Of a stretch of 49,905 bases of DNA, positions 39,941-49,905 are shown one piece after another (the stretch's first letter is position 1; each line of letters starts with the position of its first letter). The DNA lies in NCBI GenBank assembly GCA_964413275.1, contig CAYPSO010000011.1, forward strand, positions 10,390-60,294, written 5' to 3'. The stretch comes from an uncultured bacterium. GTDB lineage: Bacteria > Cyanobacteriota > Cyanobacteriia > Cyanobacteriales > JAABRE01. The notes under the pieces are model-generated. The model did no database searches. It was not told the DNA's origin and was given only the letters and a program-made list of their open reading frames with translations. The translations under genes were made by a program, and so were the position numbers.

Positions 39941-40046
39941 AAGTGATTAAAACAGGTGCATTATAAAATTGTATCTTTACCGCAGCACCATACCAAATCA
40001 ATTTATTATTTTTTAAAATCTATAATAATCGTAATTTTCGTTAGTT

Positions 40047-40751
40047 TTATCTATATCTTTTTTTTCTGGGTACATTTGTATAATCTCTATTTCTGGGATT
40101 TTCCTGTTTTGCACCCCCTAATTCTTGACTTATTTGTGCAAATACATCCCTTTGAAGATAGGGATAAGGACCAATCCATAGGTTATATTTTGGTAAATAA
40201 ACATCAGTAATAGCGGAAATTTTACTTAAATCTGGTTTATTCGATAATACTAATAATTCTGCATCTTGGCCGGGGGCGATTACTTTATGAATACGTTTTA
40301 AAGGTTGTTGTACTATAGTGAAAGGCCCCATTTCATCACCAATTTCTATATTAATTCTCCTTTCCCGATTTTCGACTATTACTAATTGCCCTTTTTGATC
40401 TACAGTTTCTTCTTCGCCAATTAATTCTTCAGTGATGAATACATCTAATATTTTACCCCGCCAAAAACCACTATAGGCAAATTTGCGATAGCTGCCATTA
40501 CGCACACTTGCCCAATATACCGGAGCCCATAGCCAATATAAACCGGCAATTACTTGTAAGAGAAGAATTATTCCTTCTGCTCCTTTTCCTGATGCCTTAG
40601 CTATGATGAATAAAACGATAACTGCAACAAAAGAAATTAAAGCACGTCTAAGAATATCTTTGAGTTTACCCCAATAATTTATATATTGAGCGCCAGTGGC
40701 AATTAAGGGTATTATTTGTTCAAATTTAGCCCTAGTTATTGGGATTAACAT
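40047..40751 (-). CDS. Conserved cyanobacterial membrane protein
   Basis: MLIP.TR.KFEQ.IP..ATG.QY..YWG; two TM helices. Confidence 0.75.
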   Translation of the reverse strand: MLIPITRAKFEQIIPLIATGAQYINYWGKLKDILRRALISFVAVIVLFIIAKASGKGAEGIILLLQVIAGLYWLWAPVYWASVRNGSYRKFAYSGFWRGKILDVFITEELIGEEETVDQKGQLVIVENRERRINIEIGDEMGPFTIVQQPLKRIHKVIAPGQDAELLVLSNKPDLSKISAITDVYLPKYNLWIGPYPYLQRDVFAQISQELGGAKQENPRNRDYTNVPRKKRYR

Positions 40752-40752
40752 T

Positions 40753-40836
40753 AGTTAGTATTCAGTGTTTATTAGTCAGTATTCAGTATTCAGTAGTTAG
40801 TTATCGGATAACCACGAACCACTAACTACTAACTAA
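40753..40836. repeat. Degenerate heptamer repeats in opposing orientation
   Basis: AGTATTC/TAGTTAG units followed by ACTAACT units. Confidence 0.5.
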
Positions 40837-40838
40837 TT

Positions 40839-41666
40839 TTATAGTATATTTTCTAAACCATAAATTAACGATTTTAATTGAGTTACTTTACGAATAGATA
40901 ATAAAACACCGGGCATATAACAAGACCGATCGGTTGTATCATGGCGTAGGGTGTAGATTTGTCCCATCGCTCCGAAAATGACTTCTTGATGGGCGATTAA
41001 TCCGGGTAAACGTATGCTATGAATGCGAATATTATCATCTGCCACACAGCCTCTAGCTCCAGTAATTTGTTCGGTTTCTTTAACTAAAGGTTGATTGTAG
41101 ATTTTATTATTTTCAGATAACATTTGAGCGGTTTTAATCGCTGTGCCACTTGGTGCGTCGGCTTTTTGATTATGATGTAATTCAATAATTTCTACATTAT
41201 CAAAATATTTAGCTGCTTGAATGGCAGCTTGCTGTAACAAGACAATACCAATGGAAAAATTAGGAATAATTAAAGCTCCGGTACTGGCTTTTTCAGCAAA
41301 ATCACCTAATTCTTGAATTTGTGCCTCACTAAGTCCAGTTGTGCCAACTACTGGACGTACTCCATAGGCGATCGCACTTCTTACGTTATCATATACTACA
41401 TCAGGATGGGTAAAATCAACCATTACTCCCTGTATTTTTTCCTGAGTTGCTAATACTAATACACTTTGTAAATCATTTAAGATTGGCACTTCTAATGCAC
41501 CGCAACCGATAACTTCTCCTACATCTTGTCCTAAATAATTAGGATTAGTGTCAACTGCTCCGACTAACATCATATCTTCTGCTTGGGCTACTGCTTTGAT
41601 TACTTCTCTGCCCATTTTTCCCATAGCCCCATTAACCACAACGGGAATTAATCCTTCTTTAGTCAT
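40839..41666 (-). CDS. dapB: 4-hydroxy-tetrahydrodipicolinate reductase
   Basis: [35 protein letters not shown]. Confidence 0.97.
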   Translation of the reverse strand: MTKEGLIPVVVNGAMGKMGREVIKAVAQAEDMMLVGAVDTNPNYLGQDVGEVIGCGALEVPILNDLQSVLVLATQEKIQGVMVDFTHPDVVYDNVRSAIAYGVRPVVGTTGLSEAQIQELGDFAEKASTGALIIPNFSIGIVLLQQAAIQAAKYFDNVEIIELHHNQKADAPSGTAIKTAQMLSENNKIYNQPLVKETEQITGARGCVADDNIRIHSIRLPGLIAHQEVIFGAMGQIYTLRHDTTDRSCYMPGVLLSIRKVTQLKSLIYGLENIL

Positions 41667-41738
41667 AATTTTTAATTATTTTAATTAGATAGTTTCAGAA
41701 AAATTTTAAACTTATTTGGCTATTAATTACAATTTATC

Positions 41739-43058
41739 TTATTTTTTTTTATATTTAAGGAAAAATTGATAAGAATCTAAATCATCAATCATATTATTTT
41801 TAGTTAATTGGTTATCAACTTTAACTAAATTAAACTGAGCATTTTCATCGGCATAAATTGTAAAAGTTATTCTAAAAATTTCAATCAGATTTATAAACCA
41901 TTGACATTCTGTTTCTGTATAATTCTGATAACATTTTAATAATTCTGCTATTTTTTTATCTAAATGAGTTCTTGAATTAGGACTAATTAAAGCAATTTTT
42001 AAGAGTAAAATTACTATTGCATAGGGATTACCGTAGGAAATCAATAAAATAAATATATCAGTAGGTTTTCCTTGGGTAGTTATTAATAAATCCAAGGTTT
42101 TATTGCAAGTTCTTAATAATAGTCCTTCATTTATTGGTTTATCATTATTATCTTGATAAATTTCTTTTAATTTATTTGCTAATTTCGTTTCGATAATAGT
42201 AATAATTTTTTCACTATAAAGAGAAAAAGTTAAATATTTAATAAAAGCAATTTTAAATTGTGAATAATTTATTTTTTGTGTTTGCTCAAGAAAAATTTTA
42301 GCTACATTTTTATAACTTGTTGCTTCTTTTTTTGCTGCTATTTTTTTGATAAAACGTAGAATTTTTTCATTTAAAATTGTCGGATTAGTTGGTTTCTGAT
42401 CTCCAAATTGAAATTTGGTTAAATATATCGCTAAATTAAACTTAAATTCTTTTTGGATGGTTTTTATCAGTAGAAAAGCAACTTGTTTTTGTTCTTGAGA
42501 ATTATCGGAATTAAAATATTGGAGGAAAAAACTATATTCTAAATAACGATGAGTCCAATGATTACGTGAAGATACATCAAATTGATATATTAAAGTTTTT
42601 AATTCTTGATAATCATTAGTATTAGAAAAATTTTTAATCCATGATTTAAGTTTATTCTTGACTAGATTTTCACTTCTTATCAAGGTTGTGGTTGTATTTT
42701 TAATTTCTGGTTCGCCATTAGAAAAAATGTTTATTATCTTAATAACATCTGTATATTGTTTATTCTTAATTAAAGGATATATTAATACATAACAACAATG
42801 CTTAATAGTAGCAATAAAAAAAACTTCATTATTGGATTTAATAATTTTTTGCAGGGCTGTAGCAACTGATTCTGGAATTAAATTCGGTTGATAATTAATA
42901 AAAACTTTGTCAAATTTATCTAATATTGTTTCAAAGTCATCAGTGGCCAAGCTTTCAGTAAAAAAACTATAGATAATTTCTTTACTTTGTTGTAATTTTT
43001 CATAACTTTGTCCAGTTTCACCTGTAAAAGTTGTTTCTTTCCAATTATTTAAGTCCAT
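41739..43058 (-). CDS. Hypothetical protein
   Basis: 439-aa open frame, very AT-rich, no recognised catalytic motif. Confidence 0.7.
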   Translation of the reverse strand: MDLNNWKETTFTGETGQSYEKLQQSKEIIYSFFTESLATDDFETILDKFDKVFINYQPNLIPESVATALQKIIKSNNEVFFIATIKHCCYVLIYPLIKNKQYTDVIKIINIFSNGEPEIKNTTTTLIRSENLVKNKLKSWIKNFSNTNDYQELKTLIYQFDVSSRNHWTHRYLEYSFFLQYFNSDNSQEQKQVAFLLIKTIQKEFKFNLAIYLTKFQFGDQKPTNPTILNEKILRFIKKIAAKKEATSYKNVAKIFLEQTQKINYSQFKIAFIKYLTFSLYSEKIITIIETKLANKLKEIYQDNNDKPINEGLLLRTCNKTLDLLITTQGKPTDIFILLISYGNPYAIVILLLKIALISPNSRTHLDKKIAELLKCYQNYTETECQWFINLIEIFRITFTIYADENAQFNLVKVDNQLTKNNMIDDLDSYQFFLKYKKK

Positions 43059-43197
43059 AAAACCATTAACTGATTTTTGATTTTATTTCGATTATATTAA
43101 TAGTCCATATTAACATAATCGAAATAACTTAATTTTACTATTTATCATCGATCGATTTTTAACGTTCAATGCTCAAAAGTTTAACAAATTAAGAATG

Positions 43198-44367
43198 TCA
43201 CAACAGATTGTTAATTTCATCTATTAACTTATCAATTTCTTCAGGAAGTGTAAAATAGTGAACACAAGCACGAATACAATCAGGATTGATAAGAGTCCTC
43301 AAGAGAAATCCTTTCTTCTCTAATAATTGCACAGCTTTATCGTGGTTTAAATTACCATTAATTTGAAAAGAAACTAAGCCTGCATCTGGTGGATGATTAC
43401 TTAAACATTTTACATTTTCTAGTTTAGTTAAACCTTCCCAAAGATAAGCACTTAGCTCACAGATTTGAGATGCACGTTTTTGCGGTATTCCCCATTCTTG
43501 ATGGGTAGCGATTGCACCTCTTAAACCATCATATAAAGGATAGGGAGAACTAGCCACCTCAAATTTACTACCGTCCGATTTCCAGTGAGCGGGTTGCCCT
43601 TCATGAATACCACGCCAACCTATGAAAGTAGGATTAAGTTGAGCAAATGCTTGAGAACTAATATACAATCCTCCCACTCCAGAAGGCCCACATAACCACT
43701 TATGCCCTGTAAAAGCGTAAAAATCAACTTCAGAAACACTCAAATCTAAAGCAAGACAACCCACAGACTGGGCAGCATCAACTAAAACCTGTACTGATTG
43801 TTGATGACAAATATTAACAATTTCTTCTAGGGGTAAAACTTGACCTGTATTCCACAAAAGGTGACTCAGAATTACTAATCTAGTTTTAGGTCGTAAATTT
43901 GCAGCGATTACTGATGTGGGATTACCTTCATTTAAGGTAGCCATAATCGGACAAGTAGAAAATTCGACACCAAAGCGACGACAAATCTCTTCGACTATAG
44001 CAATTACTCCGGGATGTTCGCAATCTGTAAGTAATATATGATCTCCGGGTTGCCAGTCAATGCCCCAAAGAACAATATTGCATCCACCGGTAACATTTTC
44101 TGTCAAAGTAATATGGTTGGCACTAACTCCTATTTCTGAAGCAATAGCTTCTTTAGTTAATTCGATGCGTTTATTAATCCAAGCATTAACTTTTCCCGAA
44201 AAAGGGCCTTTTTGTTGAATATACTTATAGCTATCAATTATGGCTTCCATTGCGCCATTAGGCATAGTTCCTTGGCCACCAAAGTTAAAATAAACTTTAT
44301 TAGCTAACCCCGGAAACTGCTGTCGGTGTAATTTTAGGCTTTTGGTTATGGGTACAGTGCTAGTCAT
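43198..44367 (-). CDS. Class V PLP enzyme, cystine C-S lyase (C-DES-like)
   Basis: QFP.LANK.YFNFGGQG, SHLLWNTG, DAAQS.G, AFTGHKW. Confidence 0.85.
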   Translation of the reverse strand: MTSTVPITKSLKLHRQQFPGLANKVYFNFGGQGTMPNGAMEAIIDSYKYIQQKGPFSGKVNAWINKRIELTKEAIASEIGVSANHITLTENVTGGCNIVLWGIDWQPGDHILLTDCEHPGVIAIVEEICRRFGVEFSTCPIMATLNEGNPTSVIAANLRPKTRLVILSHLLWNTGQVLPLEEIVNICHQQSVQVLVDAAQSVGCLALDLSVSEVDFYAFTGHKWLCGPSGVGGLYISSQAFAQLNPTFIGWRGIHEGQPAHWKSDGSKFEVASSPYPLYDGLRGAIATHQEWGIPQKRASQICELSAYLWEGLTKLENVKCLSNHPPDAGLVSFQINGNLNHDKAVQLLEKKGFLLRTLINPDCIRACVHYFTLPEEIDKLIDEINNLL

Positions 44368-44547
44368 GAGGATTTAGTATTTCTATTTTATGTATAACTT
44401 AACAGACGACAAAGCTAATGATTTTCAGTTATTGGTCATGATTCGCTCTGAAAAATCAAAATAACTGTTAGTTTTATAAGAAGAGCAAAATTTATTACTC
44501 TAATCTAATCTAAATTATATTTTCTAATAAAGTTGAACTTTCATCTA

Positions 44548-45975
44548 ATGTTTTTGACCGACGATTTGTTATTAAATTATCAACGTTGTACTCGTCGAGC
44601 TTTTCTTAATGTTTATGGAAATAGACTATTACAAGATCCAGAACGAGATTTTTTGCTAAAATTACGTCAAGAAAGCATGAGATACTCCATTGATACTATC
44701 TCTACTCTAACTAAAAATTACCATCAACTCCAAGCTCCTCAAAATGATTTAGTACAAAGAGCTAAAGAAACTAAAATTTTAATGGCACAAGGCGTAGATT
44801 ACATTTATGATGGAGTTTTACTTGTCACTAATTCTCAATTTAGTTTTGTTGCTAATCCAACTTTACTGGTTAAACAATTAGGATTTTCTCGATTTGGCTC
44901 TTGGGCTTATTATCCCCTCAATATTAATTTTGGTCGTCGTCCTAAAAAAGAATATAAAATAATTTCTACTTTTCATAGTTACGTACTTGCTTTGTTTCAG
45001 GGGGTTTTACCGTCAACAGCTACTATTATTTTACGTCCTTATAATAGTTATTCTTTGGATTTGGAATATTGGCTGCCCCAACTACAACAAATTTTGCAAG
45101 AATTGAGGGAAATTTTATCTCAAGAAAAAGCACCAGAGGTATTTATTTCCCGTCAAAAATGTAGTTTATGTCGCTGGTATAGTCACTGTTATGCCACCGC
45201 TAAATCTGAAAATCATCTTTCTCTTATCCCCGGTGTGACTCCCAATCGTTATCAATATTTGAAATCTCTAGATATTAAAACTGTAGAATCTCTAGCTTCT
45301 AACAAAGTTAGTCAATTAGAAGAATTAATTGGAGATGATATTACTGCTCAACTTCAATTACAGGCTCAATCTGTTGTCAATAAAGTTGCTTTGCGTAAAT
45401 CCCTCGATGTTGTTGAGTATATCCCTAATTCTCCTGTTAATTTGTATTTTGACATTGAGGCAGAGCCAGAGCTTAATCTTGATTATTTACTTGGAGTATT
45501 AGTAATTGATAGTCGTAATCGTACTGAAAAATTTTATTCTTTTTTAGCGGAAAAACCAGAAGACGAACCATTAATCTGGAGTCAATTTTTAGATTTAGTT
45601 AATAATTATCCTAAAGCCCCTATTTTTCACTATTCTAACTACGAACAACAAGCTATTAAGCGTTTAGCTAAATTATATAAAACACCTACTATAGAAATAA
45701 AAAATATCTTATACCGTTGTATTGATTTACATCAACAAACAGTTGATTCCGTAGTTTTACCCATTGAAAACTATTCTTTGAAATCGGTTGCTAATTGGTT
45801 AGGATTTACTTGGAAAATACCAGAAGCTAGAGGGGATCAATCAGTATGCTGGTACGATCAATGGTTAAAAACAGGAGATTATACTTTGTTAGAAAATATT
45901 TTAAGTTACAATCAGGACGATTGTTGGGCAACTTATTATCTTAAAGAATGGTTAGCTAAATTTTTATTAGCTTAA
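44548..45975 (+). CDS. TM0106-family RecB-like putative nuclease
   Basis: RC.RRAFL, C.LC.W...C, YFDIEAEP, YSLK.VA.WLGF.W, YNQDDC.AT. Confidence 0.88.
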   Translation: MFLTDDLLLNYQRCTRRAFLNVYGNRLLQDPERDFLLKLRQESMRYSIDTISTLTKNYHQLQAPQNDLVQRAKETKILMAQGVDYIYDGVLLVTNSQFSFVANPTLLVKQLGFSRFGSWAYYPLNINFGRRPKKEYKIISTFHSYVLALFQGVLPSTATIILRPYNSYSLDLEYWLPQLQQILQELREILSQEKAPEVFISRQKCSLCRWYSHCYATAKSENHLSLIPGVTPNRYQYLKSLDIKTVESLASNKVSQLEELIGDDITAQLQLQAQSVVNKVALRKSLDVVEYIPNSPVNLYFDIEAEPELNLDYLLGVLVIDSRNRTEKFYSFLAEKPEDEPLIWSQFLDLVNNYPKAPIFHYSNYEQQAIKRLAKLYKTPTIEIKNILYRCIDLHQQTVDSVVLPIENYSLKSVANWLGFTWKIPEARGDQSVCWYDQWLKTGDYTLLENILSYNQDDCWATYYLKEWLAKFLLA

Positions 45976-46205
45976 ATATATTTTTACGTAAAGAAATGTA
46001 ACATTAAAAATAATTAGTTCCTCAGCAAAAATAGTTTAAATGTGAAGTTATAATAAGATTTCTTAATTCAAATAAAAATAGTTATATTTGTTACTATCAC
46101 AAGACACAAATTAAGTTACTCTGATAAGTAAGAGGAAAAAGTTTTAATAATTTTTTATCACAACAGTTTTATTCTCTGAAATTTAGAAAACCTAACCCGA
46201 AGGTA

Positions 46206-46451
46206 ATGCCCATGCTATTTCCCCTACTTCCCATAATTCTGTTAAGTATAGCTTTGTTAAATATTATTATTTACCAAAAAACCAATCATGAACTAACTAG
46301 AGTGCTAACAGCTACAACAGCGATAGTAACTTTGATTTGGGGTTTTGCGATCGCCCATTGGTCAATTCATCTGTTATGTTTGGTTTTACTCCTCAGATTT
46401 AGATCTGGTTCTATGTCTATGATTTTTGAAACAGTTAAGTTAAATAAATAG
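46206..46451 (+). CDS. Small membrane hypothetical protein
   Basis: Hydrophobic 81-aa ORF with AAGGT RBS-like sequence. Confidence 0.6.
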   Translation: MPMLFPLLPIILLSIALLNIIIYQKTNHELTRVLTATTAIVTLIWGFAIAHWSIHLLCLVLLLRFRSGSMSMIFETVKLNK

Positions 46452-46516
46452 AATCAGTTCAAAATTCGTAGTTCGTGGTTTGTAGATATTGATTGGAAAC
46501 TTTTTTGAAAAAACTA

Positions 46517-46546
46517 TTGACAAACAAAGAAAGAATCAGATAGTAT
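46517..46546 (+). promoter_or_regulatory. Sigma70-type promoter of tRNA-Asp
   Basis: TTGACA-N18-TAGTAT. Confidence 0.65.
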
Positions 46547-46565
46547 TAGAATTGTCGAAACAAAT

Positions 46566-46639
46566 GGGACTGTAGTTCAATTGGTTAGAGCACCGCCCTG
46601 TCACGGCGGAAGTTGCGGGTTCGAGCCCCGTCAGTCCCG
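46566..46639 (+). tRNA. trnD: tRNA-Asp (GTC)
   Basis: Acceptor stem GGGACTG...CAGTCCC, D loop AGTTCAATTGGTTAGAGC, anticodon arm CCGCC-CTGTCAC-GGCGG, T loop GGTTCGAGCC; CCA not encoded. Confidence 0.98.
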
Positions 46640-46767
46640 TTGATACATATCAGGTTATTTAAGTGATATAGATACAGGTACTTGGTTTGCTTTCTAGTAG
46701 ATTAAGATAAATTACCGTATTTCTCCTCTTTTATTATGAAAAAAAAACTATTTTAGAGACTTTATAT

Positions 46768-48576
46768 TTGAATCAAAAATCACCTATATTTGATTTTTTG
46801 ATTTTTATTTTAGCTTTAAAATTAATAACTTTTGGCATTGGTAACTATGGTTTATATGAACCCCATGAAGGTCATTTTGCTATGGTTGCGAGGGAAATGA
46901 TTTTACGGTTCGACTTGATTACCCCTCATCTTAATGGCGCACCATATTTGAATAAACCACCTCTTTTATATTGGTTAATTGCTACTTCGATTAAGATTTT
47001 TGGGACAACAGAATTTGCAGTTAGACTACCTATTTCCTTAGCAGGATGGTTTGGAATAGTTATAGCTTGGTTATGGACAAGAGAATTATGGGGGATTCAA
47101 GCCAGTCGCCTCACGGTATTAATGTTATCAGTAACTACGGGATGGTTTCTTTTTAGCCATCAATTATTAACTGATATTTTGTTAGCAACTTTATTATTAA
47201 TAAGTAATTATTTTTTGTGGAAATTATTATCTCAACCAAAATCTTGGTTTTATTTTTTTAGCTTTTATTTTACTCTCGGTTTATGTTTACTAACTAAAGG
47301 ATTAATTGGTGTTATTTTTCCTTTAACTGGTTTACTCGGATTAGGAATTATTACTAAAAATTATAATATTTGGCAACAAGTTAAACTTGGGCAAGGAATA
47401 TTAATAATGATAGCTGTTGCTTTACCTTGGTTTATTGCTGTCGAACAAGCTAATCCGGGTTTTCTTCATTATTTTATTATTAATGAACATTTCGATCGCA
47501 TTTTGGATCGTCGTTTTCCTCCTGATTATACAGTATCAAAAATTAGCCCTTTAGGTTATTTAGGCATTACTGCTATTTGGTGTTTACCTTGGACTTTATT
47601 TTTTCCTGCCGTAATTAAGTTTTCTTGGCAACAATATCAAGGGAAAAATCGAGATAGTATTATTTTAATGCTCATCGCATTTGCGCTACCAATTATTACT
47701 TTTGTTCCTTTATCTTCTCGTTTAATTTATTATAGTATTCCTGCCATTCCAAGCTATGTTATGCTCTGTGGAGGCTATTTTAATTATCAGTTATCTGTAG
47801 CATTAAAATCTAAGAGCGATGGATTGACAAAAATTACTGGTTTTATGGCAATTTTAATGGGAATTTTTTGCTTAATTTCCATAGCTTTTTTGCCACAAAT
47901 AATTACTTTGCTGCCAATAATGAGTAATCAAATAGAAATTAATCAGATAATTATAACTTTTTTGATTACATTAGGATTAGGATTTTTTATAGCAGGAATA
48001 GCAATAGTTCGACATCTTAATTTCTTATCTTTAATCTCCCTCTTGTTAGCATGGATAATTACTTGTATTATAGTAATTAAGGGGTTTGTTCTCTATCAAG
48101 ACCTTCGCTCATCTAAAACTTTAATCGAAACTACATCTGCTTGTGTTAGTGTTGAAACTTTATGGGTTTTTGAAGGTTCAAGAGAACTTGGTGCTGCCGG
48201 TGGCATAGTTTTTTATCTCAATCAAAATAAATTTCATCCTCATAAAATAGATTTATCTCTAACCAAGTTGAGAAAACCAAAACAAAATAATTCATATCAA
48301 ACTATTTTACTAATATCTGATGGTGGAGAGAATCGTATTCCGCCACATTTTCCCGGAGATTTACCATCATATTTAATTAGTAAATCACAATTACAAACCT
48401 ATTGGAATAGCGATTTTCCTGTGGTTTTTATTACTGATTTTCTGCGTCAGCCCAATGATTCTAATGATCCTCCTAATTTGAATTTACCAGATAATGCTGG
48501 AGAGCCTTTATTAAAAGTTGGGTCAAGAAAACTATATGGTAACTTAGCTACTAATAAAAATTGGTGTAAACAATAA
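46768..48576 (+). CDS. Glycosyltransferase family 39 / ArnT-like protein
   Basis: E..FA.VAREM, P.LNG.PYLNKPPL.YW, LTKG..G, many TM helices. Confidence 0.88.
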   Translation: MNQKSPIFDFLIFILALKLITFGIGNYGLYEPHEGHFAMVAREMILRFDLITPHLNGAPYLNKPPLLYWLIATSIKIFGTTEFAVRLPISLAGWFGIVIAWLWTRELWGIQASRLTVLMLSVTTGWFLFSHQLLTDILLATLLLISNYFLWKLLSQPKSWFYFFSFYFTLGLCLLTKGLIGVIFPLTGLLGLGIITKNYNIWQQVKLGQGILIMIAVALPWFIAVEQANPGFLHYFIINEHFDRILDRRFPPDYTVSKISPLGYLGITAIWCLPWTLFFPAVIKFSWQQYQGKNRDSIILMLIAFALPIITFVPLSSRLIYYSIPAIPSYVMLCGGYFNYQLSVALKSKSDGLTKITGFMAILMGIFCLISIAFLPQIITLLPIMSNQIEINQIIITFLITLGLGFFIAGIAIVRHLNFLSLISLLLAWIITCIIVIKGFVLYQDLRSSKTLIETTSACVSVETLWVFEGSRELGAAGGIVFYLNQNKFHPHKIDLSLTKLRKPKQNNSYQTILLISDGGENRIPPHFPGDLPSYLISKSQLQTYWNSDFPVVFITDFLRQPNDSNDPPNLNLPDNAGEPLLKVGSRKLYGNLATNKNWCKQ

Positions 48577-48584
48577 ATAATTAA

Positions 48585-49499
48585 TTAATTATTAAATAAT
48601 AACAACCAAACAGGTAAAGTTAATAAAATAAGAATCGAACCAAAAGCTAAACTTGTAACAGTTAATTCCCTATCCAAATCAAAAGCTTCAGCAATTACTA
48701 AGGTGGCAAAAGCTGGAGGCATAGCCATCTGTAATACTAAAACTAATTGAGGTTTTCCAGTGATACCTAAAAGTAAAATAGCTAATCCTAAAATTAAAGG
48801 AATGAATAACATTTTAATAGCTAAACTAGAATAAACTAACTTAATTTTTGACCATGATTTAATTTGGCTCAATCGCATCCCAATTAAAATGAGAGCAAAA
48901 GCAATTACTAACCACCCAAAAGTATTAAGGCTCTTTTCGATCAATTCAGGTAGGGGATAATGACGAAAAGACAAACCAATAACTAAAGCTCCTAAAGTTG
49001 GATTTTGAAATATTGATAACACTAATTCACTTTTACTTTTTATTTCTTTACCAAAATAAGCAGCGAGAAATACACCTAAACTATAAGCTCCTAACATACT
49101 TCCTAAAATGTCATAAAATAAAGCCCAAGCAAAATATTTTTCGCCGACAACTGCTAAAGTAATGGGATAACCTAAATACCCAGTATTTCCTATCATTGAA
49201 CTCAAGAAAAAACTACCCTGAGATGAGTTATTTAACTGAGTTTTTTGTTGTTTTATAAAAATAAAAGCTGTGATTATTGCTAATAACATAGCTAGCCAAG
49301 CAATGACAGGGGCGAGCCAAATTGTACCTGATATTTCTGCTCCTCTTAAAAAAGCAATAATACTGATAGGAATGCCAACCCAAAAAAGAAATTTTCCACA
49401 CAATAAAGGTACTTTATTCGATAACTTTTGACCTAAATACCAACCTAAAACTATACCACTGATTAATTTGAGATATAGTGGCAATAATTGTTCAACCAT
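48585..49499 (-). CDS. AEC (auxin efflux carrier) family transporter
   Basis: GNTGYLG.P, QMAMPPAFA; about 10 TM helices. Confidence 0.9.
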   Translation of the reverse strand: MVEQLLPLYLKLISGIVLGWYLGQKLSNKVPLLCGKFLFWVGIPISIIAFLRGAEISGTIWLAPVIAWLAMLLAIITAFIFIKQQKTQLNNSSQGSFFLSSMIGNTGYLGYPITLAVVGEKYFAWALFYDILGSMLGAYSLGVFLAAYFGKEIKSKSELVLSIFQNPTLGALVIGLSFRHYPLPELIEKSLNTFGWLVIAFALILIGMRLSQIKSWSKIKLVYSSLAIKMLFIPLILGLAILLLGITGKPQLVLVLQMAMPPAFATLVIAEAFDLDRELTVTSLAFGSILILLTLPVWLLLFNN

Positions 49500-49768
49500 G
49501 ATTAATAAGCAAAAGTAATAATAAAACTATATTGAACATTAAACATTGATAAATGCGATGAGGAAATGACCTATAAAAAAGTTAAAATTCTATAACCTTT
49601 ATTGTACTTGGTTTAATCAAGAGATTTTGAAAAAAATTTTACAATTTCAATTTATTTGAAATATTTTTTTAGATGAAGAAATTTTAATATTTATGAATAG
49701 GTATTGACAAACTAACAACTTAACCTTTAGTAAGTTGGTTATTATGATTCTTTATTTTACACAAAACC

Positions 49769-49855
49769 ATGTCAGCACAAAAAGGATTCATCCAATCACT
49801 TTTCGATTTTTCTTTTTCAAGTTTTATTGCAGTTAGAATTGTAGGAGTAATTTAC
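49769..49855 (+). pseudogene. 5' end of a DUF4282-like membrane protein gene, interrupted
   Basis: MSAQKGFIQSLFDFSFSSFIAVRIVGVIY, then runs into an IS-end hairpin and stops at 49898-49900. Confidence 0.6.
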
Positions 49856-49905
49856 CGAAAAGTCGGCGTAAAGCCCCTGTCTTCAGACATGGGGATATAA
49901 GCCGA
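49856..49905 (+). mobile_element. End of an IS200/IS605-family element (continues beyond the window)
   Basis: Follows TTAC; hairpin CCCCTGTC-TTCA-GACATGGGG nested in TCGGC...GCCGA. Confidence 0.75.

Noticed and set aside
46566-46768. tRNA-Asp as an integration site
   Set aside because: No integrase nearby and no duplicated tRNA 3' end noticed in the window.

Overview
AT-rich cyanobacterial chromosome segment with frequent HIP1 GCGATCGC octamers and heptamer tandem repeats. The PEP-CTERM tail type suggests a unicellular Chroococcales-like organism (inference). Most genes are housekeeping or common cyanobacterial genes: mini-RNase III/rlmB, the N-II-type amino-acid ABC operon natF-natG-natH-bgtA (split by a Uma2 gene), a y-type thioredoxin, a cyanate operon cynA-cynB-cynD-(DUF1348)-cynS with an NtcA box, hicBA, ndbB, pip, sqdX, proB, dapB, a C-DES-like lyase and tRNA-Asp. 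Notable items: (1) a ~3 kb segment (22025-24987) bounded by imperfect inverted repeats, with truncated genes at both ends and an intact PEP-CTERM gene preceded by an NtcA-like box and a poly-G tract; (2) a divergent PAS protein/OmpR pair followed by an 11-bp-period direct repeat and four small cyanobacterial DUF genes, partly disrupted; (3) many small mobile DNAs, including two in-frame insertions into HIP1 sites, two IS200/IS605-type insertions 3' of TTAC that break genes, and an ISL3-like MITE with an 8-bp target duplication; (4) a long Cys/His N-terminal extension on CynA and an unexplained NTF2-fold gene in the cyn operon. All family assignments come from motif recognition, not database searches.
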